DNA of 64,000 nucleotides from an uncultured Phycisphaeraceae bacterium (GCA_964410465.1 CAYPGJ010000005.1:17275-81274), one strand, 5' to 3'; shown: positions 18,474-29,147, numbered from the stretch's first letter. Numbers and translations are program-made. Notes: generated by a model from the letters alone, not told the origin.

Positions 18474-18923
18474 GTGCTCTTCACCGGTCAATACGAGCAC
18501 GTGATCGACGCCAAGCAGCGCTTGGCGATTCCAGCGGACATCCGTTCCCGATGGCGTCCCGAGTCCGATGGGCTCGCGTGGTTTGCGGTGCCCTGGCCAG
18601 GCGGCGTCATCCGGCTCTACACCGAGTCGCGCTTCAATGCGCTCGCGGAATCTCGATCCCAGACGCTGACTCCCGACGAGGACGAAGCGGAAATCCAGGC
18701 GTCTCTGTTCGGCCTCTCTCGACGCGTCGAGATGGACTCCGCCGGACGCATCCGGTTGCCGGAGGACATGTTGCAGCTTGCCGGGGTGGGCGGGGAAGTG
18801 GCGTTGATCGGCGCCGGGGATCGGCTGGAAATACGCGATCGGGGCGCTTGGCAGGCTTCGATGGCGCAACGGCTCGCCTCACTTCCCGGGCTGATCGCCC
18901 GCAAGGCGAAGCACGGGGGATGA
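18474..18923 (+). CDS. mraZ: Transcriptional regulator MraZ
   Basis: 149 aa with a GTG start. Two SpoVT/AbrB-like halves carry DxKQR (DAKQRLAIP) and DSAGRIRLP motifs. Confidence 0.9.
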   Translation: MLFTGQYEHVIDAKQRLAIPADIRSRWRPESDGLAWFAVPWPGGVIRLYTESRFNALAESRSQTLTPDEDEAEIQASLFGLSRRVEMDSAGRIRLPEDMLQLAGVGGEVALIGAGDRLEIRDRGAWQASMAQRLASLPGLIARKAKHGG

Positions 18924-19347
18924 ACGACCTGCGACGCCGCGGAGACGCGGTGGAGCGGATTCACGGACGATCGCCCGCGCCTGCGGGCCGCAGCAAGGAC
19001 CGCTGCAATCTGTAACAGGGCGCTCGGCAAGGCACGACGCCGACCCGACGCCCGAGACGTACCCCCCGACGCGACGACGCAAGGAAGCGGGTCGCACCGA
19101 AAAGGCCCTGGACGCTCTTCGGCGCACGGACGCGACGAGAAGCCAAAGCCAGGACCGGCACACGCCAGACCCCGCGCCTGGCGTGGCCCTCGGGATCATC
19201 GGGGTTGACGCCTCCCCCCGTCGCGCCGGCTCTCACCGAGACGGTGCGGCCTTCGATCTCGCGTCGCGATTGCCGCAATCGGAGCGGCGGCATTCGCGTC
19301 GCCGGGATGAGAGAGAGGGAATGAGGGCATTCAACCCCCCACCCCTT

Positions 19348-19382
19348 CGCGGCCGCGGACCCCATCCGCGGCCGCGGCTTTT
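19348..19382 (+). terminator. Possible intrinsic terminator upstream of tpiA
   Basis: An 11-bp GC stem (CGCGGCCGCGG/CCGCGGCCGCG) with a 7-nt loop, followed by gcttttgg. The T-run is short. Confidence 0.35.
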
Positions 19383-19410
19383 GGCCCACGTCTTCCGCTA
19401 GAGTCGGGCC

Positions 19411-20202
19411 ATGCCTCCTCCCCACCACTCGAATGTCTCTCGCCGCCCGGTCGTCGGCGGCAACTGGAAGATGCACCTGCGGCGCGCCGAGGCGGTCGCC
19501 CTCGCGCAAGCGGTGGCCAAGGACGCCCCGGCGCGCAACGAGACGCTCATCTTCCCGCCATTTGTCTATCTCGACGCCGTGTCGCACGCCCTGCGTGCGG
19601 CGCCCTTCACCGTCGCCCTCGGCGCACAGGACGTGAGCCCCGAACCGGACGGCGCCTTCACCGGCGAGATCTCCCTTGGCATGCTGCAAGACCTCGGCGT
19701 GACGGCGTGCCTGGTCGGACATTCCGAGCGCCGACATGTCATCGGTGAGACGCAGGATCTCATCAGGCACAAGACGCACGCCGTGGTCGCGGCTGGTCTC
19801 ACCTGCGTGCTCTGCGTCGGCGAGACGCTCGAGCAGCGCGAGGCCGGACGCACGAACGAGATCAACGAGAGCCAGCTCCGCAGCGCGCTGCACGGCGTCG
19901 ACGCCGCGACCACCGATCGTCTCATCATCGCGTACGAACCTGTCTGGGCCATCGGCACCGGCCGAAACGCGACGCCCGAGGACGCCCAAGCCGCGCACTC
20001 CCACATCCGTGGCATCCTGGCGTCGGTGTTCGACGCGGCGAGCGCGTCGCGCATCCGCATCCAATACGGGGGATCCGTCAAGCCCGCGAACGCGGGCGCC
20101 CTGTTCGCCCAACCAGATGTCGACGGCGGGCTGATCGGCGGCGCGTCCCTGAAGGCAGCGGATTTTCTCGCCATCTGTCAGGCCGCCGCGGCGAGGGCCT
20201 GA
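19411..20202 (+). CDS. tpiA: Triosephosphate isomerase
   Basis: 263 aa with GGNWKMH, GHSERR and AYEPVWAIGTG motifs. Confidence 0.95.
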   Translation: MPPPHHSNVSRRPVVGGNWKMHLRRAEAVALAQAVAKDAPARNETLIFPPFVYLDAVSHALRAAPFTVALGAQDVSPEPDGAFTGEISLGMLQDLGVTACLVGHSERRHVIGETQDLIRHKTHAVVAAGLTCVLCVGETLEQREAGRTNEINESQLRSALHGVDAATTDRLIIAYEPVWAIGTGRNATPEDAQAAHSHIRGILASVFDAASASRIRIQYGGSVKPANAGALFAQPDVDGGLIGGASLKAADFLAICQAAAARA

Positions 20203-20279
20203 GAACGACGAGGCCCGGGCGAGCGGTGTACACTGGTGGTCTTTCGCATCGAGGGCCGCGCGCCCAAGGAGTCGACCGG

Positions 20280-20780
20280 ATGATCGCGTTATTGGGACTG
20301 CACCCGATGGTGACCGCAGGGTTGGTGGTCGCGTTCCTTTTCCTCTCCGTCTGCATGATCCTGGTGATCCTCATCCAGCGGCCCCAGGGCGGCGGTCTGT
20401 CGGGCGCCTTTGGCTCGTCGGCCGGCTCGGGCCAAACGGCCTTCGGCGCGCGGACCGGCGACGCGCTGACCATCGCCACGATCACCGTTTTCGTGCTGTT
20501 CCTGCTGATGGCGTGCGGCCTCAATTTCGCGGTCCGCCCCCCCAAGGGCGGAGTCGCCGTCCCGGCCGCAACGTCCGCCCCGGCTCCCGCTGAGGACGGC
20601 GCGGGCGCGGGGGCAGGCACACCGGTCCAGCCAGCGCCGACGAACGAAGCGACGCCCGCGCCCGCGGCGCAACGGACCCCAGCCGGCGAGGGAGCCGCCC
20701 CGCAGACGCCGCCGGCACAGCCCGAGCCGACGCAGCCAGCGCCCACGCCTGCGGAGGGCAGCGAGCCCAAGCCTCAGTAA
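20280..20780 (+). CDS. secG: Preprotein translocase subunit SecG with Pro/Ala-rich C-terminal extension
   Basis: Starts MIALLG... and has the LIQRPQGGGLSGAFG signature. This is the conserved tpiA-secG pairing. ATG confirmed at 20280. Confidence 0.8.
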   Translation: MIALLGLHPMVTAGLVVAFLFLSVCMILVILIQRPQGGGLSGAFGSSAGSGQTAFGARTGDALTIATITVFVLFLLMACGLNFAVRPPKGGVAVPAATSAPAPAEDGAGAGAGTPVQPAPTNEATPAPAAQRTPAGEGAAPQTPPAQPEPTQPAPTPAEGSEPKPQ

Positions 20781-20829
20781 CACCCCTTCGGTATGCATCG
20801 CCAGAGGGGGTGCAAGAGGAGGCGCTCGA

Positions 20830-21711
20830 GTGATCCGCAGTATGACGGGCTATGGCGAGTCGGCCTCCAACACGGACGGCGTGCGCGCGTTCCTCGAGGT
20901 CCGCTCGCTGAACAGCCGCTATTTCAAGACGACGATCCGGCTGCCGGAAGACCTCCAGGGCCTCGAGGCCGAGATCGAGGCTGTCCTGCGGAAGCGGCTC
21001 GTTCGCGGCACGGTGACGCTGACCGCGCGCTACTCGGACGATGCGAGCGCCGCGGCCCACCGCATCAACACGCAAGCGCTCGCCGGATACATGGATCAGA
21101 TCCGTGAAGCCCTCGGCGCCGCGCCCTCGGGCTTTGACGCGGGGCTGCTTTCTCTGCCGGGGGTGCTCGAACCGCCGGCGGACGAGGAGGCCCGCATCGA
21201 CCGTGCCCGCGCGGTGCTGCTTGCGCTGCTCGACAAGGCGCTCGCGAAGCTCATCGAGATGCGGACGCGCGAGGGCGGGGACATCCGTGCCGATCTGCAG
21301 ACTCACCTCGACGTGATCGAGACCCGTCTCGTGCGACTCACCGATCGCGCTCCCAAGGCGGTCCAGGAGTATGAGGCTCGACTCCGCGCGCGGATCGACG
21401 CCCTTCTGTCCGAGGCCAACCTGCGCGTCGAGCCGGCGGACCTCATCCGCGAGATCGCGGTGTACGCCGAGCGCACCGACGTCGCCGAGGAGCTGGCCCG
21501 TCTCAAGGGCCACCTGGCGCAGTTCGGCGAGCTGATCTCGAGCAAGGACGGCGCCCCCGTGGGCCGGACGCTCGATTTCCTGGCCCAGGAGATGCTGCGC
21601 GAGGCGAACACGATCGCGAGCAAGTGCTCGGACGCGGACATGTCCCGCGACATCGTGGAGGTCAAGGGCGCGATCGACCGAATCAAGGAGCAGGCCCAGA
21701 ACGTGGAGTGA
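20830..21711 (+). CDS. YicC family stress-induced protein
   Basis: 293 aa with MTGYG at the N-terminus and a C-terminal DUF1732-like region (EVKGAIDRIKEQAQNVE). Confidence 0.85.
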   Translation: MIRSMTGYGESASNTDGVRAFLEVRSLNSRYFKTTIRLPEDLQGLEAEIEAVLRKRLVRGTVTLTARYSDDASAAAHRINTQALAGYMDQIREALGAAPSGFDAGLLSLPGVLEPPADEEARIDRARAVLLALLDKALAKLIEMRTREGGDIRADLQTHLDVIETRLVRLTDRAPKAVQEYEARLRARIDALLSEANLRVEPADLIREIAVYAERTDVAEELARLKGHLAQFGELISSKDGAPVGRTLDFLAQEMLREANTIASKCSDADMSRDIVEVKGAIDRIKEQAQNVE

Positions 21712-21721
21712 TGGGAGCCCT

Positions 21722-23014
21722 GTGCCGCCGGGGACGTATAGTGTGCGCTGGCGGAGCCGATTCGCACGCGTGCCGAGGGCGTGCGGGCCGCCGTCCCGCA
21801 GGATGGTCGTTGGGTTGAGCCGAACCCCCGAAAGCGTGACGAGAGCCCAGTCGCCCACAGGCGATGCGCCGTCGAACGCGCCCGATCCTTCCCAGTCCGG
21901 CGCGTGGTCGATCGGGCCCATCGTGTCCGGAACGGGCCTCCGGCTCTCGGCCAGCATCGGGCTCGTCGCGTCGTCGGCGGATCGCGGCGCGGCCGGCGCG
22001 CCTGCGGTGCGCGAGTCGTACGGCGCCGAGGAGCTGGCGATCGTCCTCTCGCACTACGACATCGGAGTGATCCAGGCGTTGCAGGAGTTCCGGCGGGGCT
22101 CGCGTCGCGCGCCCAAGCTCATCATCTCCTCCACGGAAGGCGCGTACCTGCTCAAGCGGCGCGCTCCGGGACGGGACGACCTGGAGCGGGTCGCGATGGC
22201 CCACGGCGTGCAAGAGCACCTGGCCAAGCGCCAGTTCCCGGTCCCCGCCCTTCTGCGTCGGCGCGACACCCACGCAACGTTTGTCCGTCTGGCCGGGCGC
22301 ATCTACGAGATGTTCGAATTCATCCCGGGCACGAAGTACGACGCCTCGCTCCCGGCCACAACCGAGGCCGGACGCGCGCTGGCGCTCTTCCACAAGATCC
22401 TCGCCGACTATCGAACCGACGAGACCCATTTCGCCGCCTCGTACCACGACGCGCGACAGGTTCCCGAACAGCTCGCCGCGATCGGAGAGCGCCTCAACGC
22501 CGGCGAGACCTGCGCCGCCCTGTCCGCGCTCTACGACCGCGCCGCGGCCAAGGCGAACAAGGAAGGCCTCCACGATTGGCCGCGACAGATCGTCCACGGC
22601 GATTGGCACCCCGGGAACACGCTGTTCCGGGGCACGCGCGTGGTTGCGGTGATCGACTTTGACGGCGTCCGCCCCGAGCCGCGCGCCCTCGACGTCGCCA
22701 ACGGCGCCCTCCAGTTCTCCATCCTCATGAACGGGCTCGAGCTGGGCGAGTGGCCCGAGTACCTCGATGAGAGCCGGTTCAAGCGGTTCTGCCGAGGGTA
22801 CGACTCGGTCGAGGGCTGCGTCCTCTCCACCCCCGAGGTCCGGGCCCTCCCATGGCTCATGATCGAGGCGCTGATCGTCGAGGCGGTGGCGCCGATCGCG
22901 GCGGCGGGGCAGTTCGCGGGCTTCGACGGCGCCGCGTTCCTGACCATGGTCCGCAGAAAGACGGAATGGATGGAGCGCGAGGCCGAGAAACTCATCCGCC
23001 TCCTGCTCGAATAG
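21722..23014 (+). CDS. Phosphotransferase (APH/choline-kinase/homoserine-kinase-II-like) family protein
   Basis: Has the catalytic loop IVHGDWHPGNTLF and the metal-binding VIDFDG. The true start is probably internal, because the first ~100 codons look non-coding. Confidence 0.7.
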   Translation: MPPGTYSVRWRSRFARVPRACGPPSRRMVVGLSRTPESVTRAQSPTGDAPSNAPDPSQSGAWSIGPIVSGTGLRLSASIGLVASSADRGAAGAPAVRESYGAEELAIVLSHYDIGVIQALQEFRRGSRRAPKLIISSTEGAYLLKRRAPGRDDLERVAMAHGVQEHLAKRQFPVPALLRRRDTHATFVRLAGRIYEMFEFIPGTKYDASLPATTEAGRALALFHKILADYRTDETHFAASYHDARQVPEQLAAIGERLNAGETCAALSALYDRAAAKANKEGLHDWPRQIVHGDWHPGNTLFRGTRVVAVIDFDGVRPEPRALDVANGALQFSILMNGLELGEWPEYLDESRFKRFCRGYDSVEGCVLSTPEVRALPWLMIEALIVEAVAPIAAAGQFAGFDGAAFLTMVRRKTEWMEREAEKLIRLLLE

Positions 23015-23111
23015 CCCTCCGGGCTCGATCTCACCGGCGGGCCTAAACTCAGCAGCGGCGGACCGGTACACAGCGGCGGGGCTGAGGCCCCACCAGCACG
23101 ATGGAGGCTCC

Positions 23112-24269
23112 ATGATGCGGCGCGGAGCGGTGATTCTGGCAGCGGGGCTCTCGTGGTGCTGGCCGTCGATCTCCCTCGCGTCAGACCCGTCGCCGAAGAA
23201 CGACGCCAAGCCCTCGATCGGCTCTCTGTTGTCCGCCATCGCGCGCACGCCGCAGCCCGCGGAAGCCGACGCCTCGAACGACGCACTCCAAGCGCTGGTG
23301 ACGGAGCTCGACTCTGAGGTGTTCGAGACCCGCGAGCGCGCGACGGACCTGCTCACCACCGACGAATCGATCAGCGCCTCGAGTCTCGAAGCCCTCGCGG
23401 GCCAGGGTGGCCTCTCGCCCGAAGCCCACTCCCGCGTGCTTGAAGCGCTGCGCCGCCGTTTCATCGACATGCCCCGCCCCGCCATCGGGATCTCGATGAA
23501 CCAGCCCGTGGGCCCGGAGGGCGTGGGCATCGCGGGCGTCAGTCCGGCATTCCCGGCCGCGAACGTGCTCCAGACCGACGACGTTGTTGCGATCATCGCG
23601 GGCGTCCCGCTCGAGAACACACTCAGCGGCTCCGAGCTCCTGCGCGACGTCGTGCGGTCCTTCCTGCCGGACGAAGAGATCCCGATGACCGTGGTCCGTG
23701 CGGGAGAGCGTCTCCACCTCCGCGTCCCCCTCGGTCGCTACGAGGACCTCCAGCAGGGCGCCATCGTCAACCCCGACGAACTCTCCCGCGCGTGGGACAT
23801 CCGCATCCGGCGGCGCGGGCTCATCCCCGACGACGGGCGAGTGATCGAGGTCGCCGTGCCGCGCGGCTCGTGGTTCCCCCAGCGTCGCGGCGCCTACGAC
23901 ACCGGGACCGAGGGCGGCCTCGTCGCAGGCGGCCAAGCCTCCGCCCGGCAGGATCAGCCCATCATCATGCAGGCCTCGGGCGTGCGATGGCGCGACGCGA
24001 ACGCGCGAGACCGCGCCGGGTTCCGCGCGGCCGAGAACCCCATCAACGTCAACGCCGTCCCGGTGCAGCAGCCCAGGGCCGGGCTGCGAGAGATGTTCCT
24101 GAAGCGCGTCGAGGACATGCAGCAGCAGATCAAGAACGATTCGGAGCAACTCGCCGATCCTCGCCTCACCGACGCGGAACGGGCCCGCCTTCGCGAGAGC
24201 ATCATCCAGCGCTCACGTGAACTCCAGCAGCTCGCCGACCAGCTGGGCCGCTTCCCGCCGATGCCCTGA
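23112..24269 (+). CDS. Secreted protein with PDZ-like domain
   Basis: Signal peptide MMRRGAVILAAGLSWCWPSISLA. The central segment GIAGVSPAFPAANVLQTDDVVAIIAGVPL...MTVVRAGERLHLRVPL looks like PDZ. Confidence 0.6.
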   Translation: MMRRGAVILAAGLSWCWPSISLASDPSPKNDAKPSIGSLLSAIARTPQPAEADASNDALQALVTELDSEVFETRERATDLLTTDESISASSLEALAGQGGLSPEAHSRVLEALRRRFIDMPRPAIGISMNQPVGPEGVGIAGVSPAFPAANVLQTDDVVAIIAGVPLENTLSGSELLRDVVRSFLPDEEIPMTVVRAGERLHLRVPLGRYEDLQQGAIVNPDELSRAWDIRIRRRGLIPDDGRVIEVAVPRGSWFPQRRGAYDTGTEGGLVAGGQASARQDQPIIMQASGVRWRDANARDRAGFRAAENPINVNAVPVQQPRAGLREMFLKRVEDMQQQIKNDSEQLADPRLTDAERARLRESIIQRSRELQQLADQLGRFPPMP

Positions 24270-24299
24270 GCACTCGTGCGGGCAGCGCCCGCGCAGAGG

Positions 24300-27200
24300 T
24301 CACAGCACGATGTTGATCAGCCGCCCGGGCACCGCGATGACTTTTCGCGGCGTCTTGCCCTGCAGCCACTCGGCTGCGCGTGGGTCGGCGTGGAAAGCCG
24401 CTTCCATGGCCGCGGCGTCCGCCCCGGTGGCGATCTCCATCTTGCCGCGCACCTTCCCGTTGACTTGCACAACGATCTCGACGCGCTCGTCGACGAGCAG
24501 CGCGGGATCAGGGGTCGGCCAGGGCTCGAGCGAGCAGAGGGACGTGTGCCCGAGCCGCGCCCAGATCTCTTCCGCGATGTGCGGCGCGAACGGGCAAAGG
24601 ATGCGCGCGAAACGCCCCAGCTGCGCGCGTGTCGCGCCGGACTTGGTCGCCTCGTTGACGAACTCGATCATGGCCGCGATCGCCGTGTTGAACGACAGCG
24701 CCTCGATGTCGGCCCCCACCTTCTTGTTCACCCGGTGGAGCAGGCGCTCGAGCTTCCCGTCCGCCTGATCGTCCGGCAGCGCCCGAATCGCTCCCGTGCT
24801 CTCGTCCACCACCAGCCGCCACAGCCGCTGGAGGAACCGGAACGGCCCGACGATGTCCCGAGGGTTCCATGGCTTGCTCGCCTCGATGGGGCCCATGTAC
24901 ATCTCGTACAGCCGGAACGTGTCGGCGCCGAACTCCGCGATCACGTCGTCCGGGTTCACCACGTTCTTCAGGCTCTTGCTCATCTTCGCGACGATCTGCG
25001 ACACCGGCTCGCGGTTCGCACGCTCCACGAACTTCCCCTCACTCACCTCCTCGACCTCGTCCGTCGGCACGAGCGTCCCGTTCTTGCGCTGGTACGCGTA
25101 CGAGAGGATGAGCCCCTGGTGGCGCAGCCGCCGGAACGGCTCGGGCGTGCTCACCTCCCCCAGATCGAACAGCATCTTGTGCCAGAAGCGCGCGTACAGC
25201 AGGTGCAGCACCGCGTGCTCCGCGCCGCCCATGTACAGATCGACGCCCCCATTGTCCCCCTCCCCCATCCAATACCGCTCGGCCTCGCGCCCGACGAACC
25301 GCTGCGCGTTCTTCGGATCGACGTAGCGCAGGTAATACCAGCACGACCCCGCCCAGTTCGGCATCGTGTTCGTCTCGCGACGGTAACGCTGCCCGCCGAT
25401 CTCCACGTCTCGCCACGCCCCGGCCCGGCCCAACGGGGGGCTCGGCGTGTCGCTCTTCACCGGCTTGAAGTCCTCGATCTCCGGCAACGCCACCGGCAGC
25501 TCCACCTCCGGCAGCGGGTGCGCACGACCCTCGCCGTCGTACACCATCGGGAACGGCTCGCCCCAATACCGCTGCCGCGAGAACAGCCAGTCGCGCAGCT
25601 TGAAATTCACCATCCGACGACCGTTCCCGGACGACTCGAGCCAGTCGATCATCGCCCGCTTCGCCTGCGGCGTGTGCAGCCCGTTCAACGAAACCTCGGA
25701 GTTGCTCGAGTGCACGCTCACGCCAGGCTCCGGCGCCGCACGCCCCAGCTTCTCCACGAGCCGCGCGTCCGACGCGGCCTCGATGAGCCCGTCGATGCCC
25801 GAGTTCAGCATCGGTTCGAGCGCCTCGCGCCACACGGACGCGATCAGGCCCCGACGCTCGCCCGTCACGCCGCCGATGAGTCCCTCCGCCGTCGCCGCGT
25901 TCACGAGCAGCTCGGGAGAGCCGAACTTCTTGCGCAGCTCTTCCCGCATGCCCGGCTCGCTCCGCACGCGCCCCCCCACCGCGAAACGGAACGCCTCGTC
26001 CTCATTCACCACGCTCCGCGACACGATCACGCCCACGTAGTCCGCGAGCAGGTCCGCCGGATCCACGCCATGCCCCATCCCCGGAGACCACCGCTCGCAG
26101 AACGACGCCACGGCCGCGAGCGGAGGCGTCAGCACCGCGTCGCGGATCGGCAACCCGAACGCGCGCGCAAACTCGAAGTCGCGCTCGTCGTGCGCCGGCA
26201 CGGCCATGATCGCGCCCGTGCCGTACCCCATCAGCACGTAGTCCGCGATCCACACGGGGATCGGCTCCCCCGTGGCCGGGTTCACCGCGTACGCGCCGGT
26301 GAACACCCCCGTCTTCTCCTTTGACTCCTGCCGCTCGATGTCCGAACGGCCCGACACCGACTCGATGTACCGCACCACCTCCGCGCGCTGCGCCGGCGTC
26401 GTCACGTCCGCCACCAGCGGGTGCTCCGGAGCCAGCACCAGGTACGTCGCGCCGAACAGCGTGTCCGGCCTCGTCGTGAACACCCGGATGCTCTCCCCCC
26501 CCCGACCGCCCTCCTCCGTCAGAACAAAGTCAACCTCCGCCCCCTCCGACCGGCCGATCCACTCCTCCTGCTGCGTCCGCGTCGACTCCGGCCAATCCAC
26601 CAGACGCAGGTCTTCCAGCAGGCGCTCGGCGTACGACGTGATCCGGAACACCCACTGCTTCATCGCCACCCGGGTGACCGGGTGACCGCCCCGCTCGCTC
26701 CGGCCGTCGATCACTTCCTCGTTGGCGAGCACCGTGCCCAGCTCGGCGCACCAGTTGACCGTCTGCTCTCCGAGATACGCCAGGCGCTGCGAATCGATCA
26801 CCGCGCGCCGCTCCTCGTCGTCCAGCTCCACCCACGCCCGCAACGACGCCGCGGACCCGCCCGACCCGGGCGAGCCGGCCAGGGCGCCCAGCGAGCCGCT
26901 CCCCGTCGGGGGCGCCGCCAGCGCTCCGCTCGGACCCACCAGCAGCCGCTCGTTCGCGAGGTCATCGATCAGCGTCTGGATCGGGCGCGCTGCGCCCTTC
27001 CCGCCGTTCGCGCGCCGGTCGTACCACGCGTTGTAGCACCGCAGGAAGATCCACTGCGTCCACTTGTAGTACCCGGGGTCGATCGTCGACACCTCGCGCG
27101 ACCAGTCGTACGAGAACCCGAACCGCTTGAGCTGGCGACGGAACGTGTCGATCGCACGCTGCGTCGTCACCCGCGGATGCACGTTCGTCTGCACGGCGTA

Positions 27201-27539
27201 CTGCTCGGCCGGCAGCCCGAACGCGTCCCACCCCATCGGATGCAGCACGTTGTCGCCGCACATCCGACGGTGGCGCGCCACGATGTCCGTCGCCGTGTAC
27301 CCCTCCGGATGCCCCACGTGCAGCCCCGCCCCGCTCGGGTACGGGAACATGTCGAGGATGTACCGCTTCGGCCTCGACGCATCGAACCCCGGGTCGCCCG
27401 GGTTCAACGCGCGGAACGTCGCGCGCTCCTCCCAGACCGCCTGCCACCGGCGCTCGATCGCGTCCGCCAGGGACGCCGTGTACCGGTGCGCCGGCGCATC
27501 CTCGGCGCCGAAAGTATTGGGAGGGCGGGCTTCGCTCAT
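24300..27539 (-). CDS. leuS: Leucine--tRNA ligase
   Basis: Has the HVGH (LHVGHPEGY) and KMSKS motifs. ATG at 27539 (MSEARPP). At ~1079 aa it is longer than typical bacterial LeuS. Confidence 0.95.
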   Translation of the reverse strand: MSEARPPNTFGAEDAPAHRYTASLADAIERRWQAVWEERATFRALNPGDPGFDASRPKRYILDMFPYPSGAGLHVGHPEGYTATDIVARHRRMCGDNVLHPMGWDAFGLPAEQYAVQTNVHPRVTTQRAIDTFRRQLKRFGFSYDWSREVSTIDPGYYKWTQWIFLRCYNAWYDRRANGGKGAARPIQTLIDDLANERLLVGPSGALAAPPTGSGSLGALAGSPGSGGSAASLRAWVELDDEERRAVIDSQRLAYLGEQTVNWCAELGTVLANEEVIDGRSERGGHPVTRVAMKQWVFRITSYAERLLEDLRLVDWPESTRTQQEEWIGRSEGAEVDFVLTEEGGRGGESIRVFTTRPDTLFGATYLVLAPEHPLVADVTTPAQRAEVVRYIESVSGRSDIERQESKEKTGVFTGAYAVNPATGEPIPVWIADYVLMGYGTGAIMAVPAHDERDFEFARAFGLPIRDAVLTPPLAAVASFCERWSPGMGHGVDPADLLADYVGVIVSRSVVNEDEAFRFAVGGRVRSEPGMREELRKKFGSPELLVNAATAEGLIGGVTGERRGLIASVWREALEPMLNSGIDGLIEAASDARLVEKLGRAAPEPGVSVHSSNSEVSLNGLHTPQAKRAMIDWLESSGNGRRMVNFKLRDWLFSRQRYWGEPFPMVYDGEGRAHPLPEVELPVALPEIEDFKPVKSDTPSPPLGRAGAWRDVEIGGQRYRRETNTMPNWAGSCWYYLRYVDPKNAQRFVGREAERYWMGEGDNGGVDLYMGGAEHAVLHLLYARFWHKMLFDLGEVSTPEPFRRLRHQGLILSYAYQRKNGTLVPTDEVEEVSEGKFVERANREPVSQIVAKMSKSLKNVVNPDDVIAEFGADTFRLYEMYMGPIEASKPWNPRDIVGPFRFLQRLWRLVVDESTGAIRALPDDQADGKLERLLHRVNKKVGADIEALSFNTAIAAMIEFVNEATKSGATRAQLGRFARILCPFAPHIAEEIWARLGHTSLCSLEPWPTPDPALLVDERVEIVVQVNGKVRGKMEIATGADAAAMEAAFHADPRAAEWLQGKTPRKVIAVPGRLINIVL

Positions 27540-27582
27540 GGGGCAGAGAGTGTAATCGCCCGCGAACATCCGGTGCGCGGAC

Positions 27583-29091
27583 TCAATCCGCGCCCTCGCC
27601 CCCGGCCCGACGCGCCACCAGGTCCGCCAGGTGCTGTTTCGCCTCGCCGACGATGTAGAAGGAGCCCGTCACGCAGATCAGATCCCCCCTCGACACCGCC
27701 CGCGCCGCCAGGTTCAGCGCGTCCGGCAGCGTCTCCGCCACCTGCGTCATCTTCCCCGACATCGCCACGAATCTGCGCTGCAGCTCCTTCGGGTCCGCCG
27801 CGCGAGGCGAGTTCGTCGCGCGCGTGAAGATCACCTTGTCCGCCCCCAGCGCCACCTTCGCCAGCATCCCATCGAGGTCCTTGTCCGCCGAGCACCCGAA
27901 GATCATCACCATCGAGTCGTACGGAACGTGCCCGCCGATCGCCTTGATCAGCGACGCGATCGAGTCCTCGTTGTGCGCCACGTCCAGCAGGATCCTGGGC
28001 TTGGTCCACGCCAGCTCCATCCGTCCGGGCACTCGCGTCCGCGCCAGCCCGCGCGCCACCGCCGGCTCCGGCGTCTCGAACCCCTTCTCGCGCAGCCGGT
28101 CGAGAATCGCCAGCGCCAACCCGCAGTTGTGAGCCTGGTGCTCGCCCGGCAGGGGCACCGCCAGATGCTCGAACCCCGTGCGCGACGACGCCACGCACAC
28201 CCGCCGATGCGGCCCGAGGTCCGGGCTCGCCTCGAAGCGGAACGAGAACTCGATGTCCTTGCCCAGCACCGCCAGCGGCGCGCCCGCGGCCTCCGCGCTC
28301 TGCCGCAGCGCCTCGAGCACCGGCTTGGGCTGATCCACCGTGATCGCGGGCACGCCCTTCTTGAAGATCCCGGCCTTCTCGCGCGCGATCTCCTCCGTCG
28401 TGTCGCCGAGGATCTGCGTGTGGTCCTTCCCGATGGCCGTGATCGCGCTGATCTCCGGCGTCACCACGTTCGTGCAGTCCAGCCGGCCGCCCAGCCCCAC
28501 CTCGAGCACCGCGATGTCGATGGCCTGCTCGGCAAACCGCAGGAACGCCACCGCCGTCATCAACTCAAAGAACGTGCACGGGCCGTGGCGAGTCTCCACC
28601 TTCTTGGCCGCGTCCGCCACGCGGTCCACCAGCCCAGCGAACTCACCCGTGGACATCATCGCGCCGTTCAGCAGCACGCGCTCGCGCACGTCCACCAGGT
28701 GCGGGCTTGTGTACAGACCGACCGTGTACCCGCACGCCTCCAGGCACGACGCGGTCATCGTCGCCACCGAGCCCTTCCCCTTCGTGCCCGCGATGTGCAC
28801 CGACCGGAATTCCTTGTGCGGATCGCCAAGGGCCTTCATCAGCGCGATCGTCCGGTCCAGCTTGAAGCGGTCGCGCATCTCGCGCGTCAGACGCATCCGC
28901 TCGATGTCCGGACGATCCGTCAGGAACGCCATCGCCTCCCCGAACGTCCTCCCGGAAGACTTCCGCGCGCGAGGCTTCCCCTCGCCCCGCTTCGGCTTGG
29001 TCGGTACCTTCTTCGAACCCGAACTCGATGCGGACTTCTTGCGAGCGGGGGCAGCGCCCCGCCCCGAAGCCGCGGATGTGCTCTTGGCCAT
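27583..29091 (-). CDS. folC: Folylpolyglutamate synthase / dihydrofolate synthase
   Basis: Has the Mur-ligase P-loop HIAGTKGKGS, plus a basic N-terminal extension. Confidence 0.9.
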   Translation of the reverse strand: MAKSTSAASGRGAAPARKKSASSSGSKKVPTKPKRGEGKPRARKSSGRTFGEAMAFLTDRPDIERMRLTREMRDRFKLDRTIALMKALGDPHKEFRSVHIAGTKGKGSVATMTASCLEACGYTVGLYTSPHLVDVRERVLLNGAMMSTGEFAGLVDRVADAAKKVETRHGPCTFFELMTAVAFLRFAEQAIDIAVLEVGLGGRLDCTNVVTPEISAITAIGKDHTQILGDTTEEIAREKAGIFKKGVPAITVDQPKPVLEALRQSAEAAGAPLAVLGKDIEFSFRFEASPDLGPHRRVCVASSRTGFEHLAVPLPGEHQAHNCGLALAILDRLREKGFETPEPAVARGLARTRVPGRMELAWTKPRILLDVAHNEDSIASLIKAIGGHVPYDSMVMIFGCSADKDLDGMLAKVALGADKVIFTRATNSPRAADPKELQRRFVAMSGKMTQVAETLPDALNLAARAVSRGDLICVTGSFYIVGEAKQHLADLVARRAGGEGAD

Positions 29092-29147
29092 AGTCGGCCA
29101 TCATATGCCCCACCCCACGCGAGCTTCACCATTTCTCAAGCATTCAG

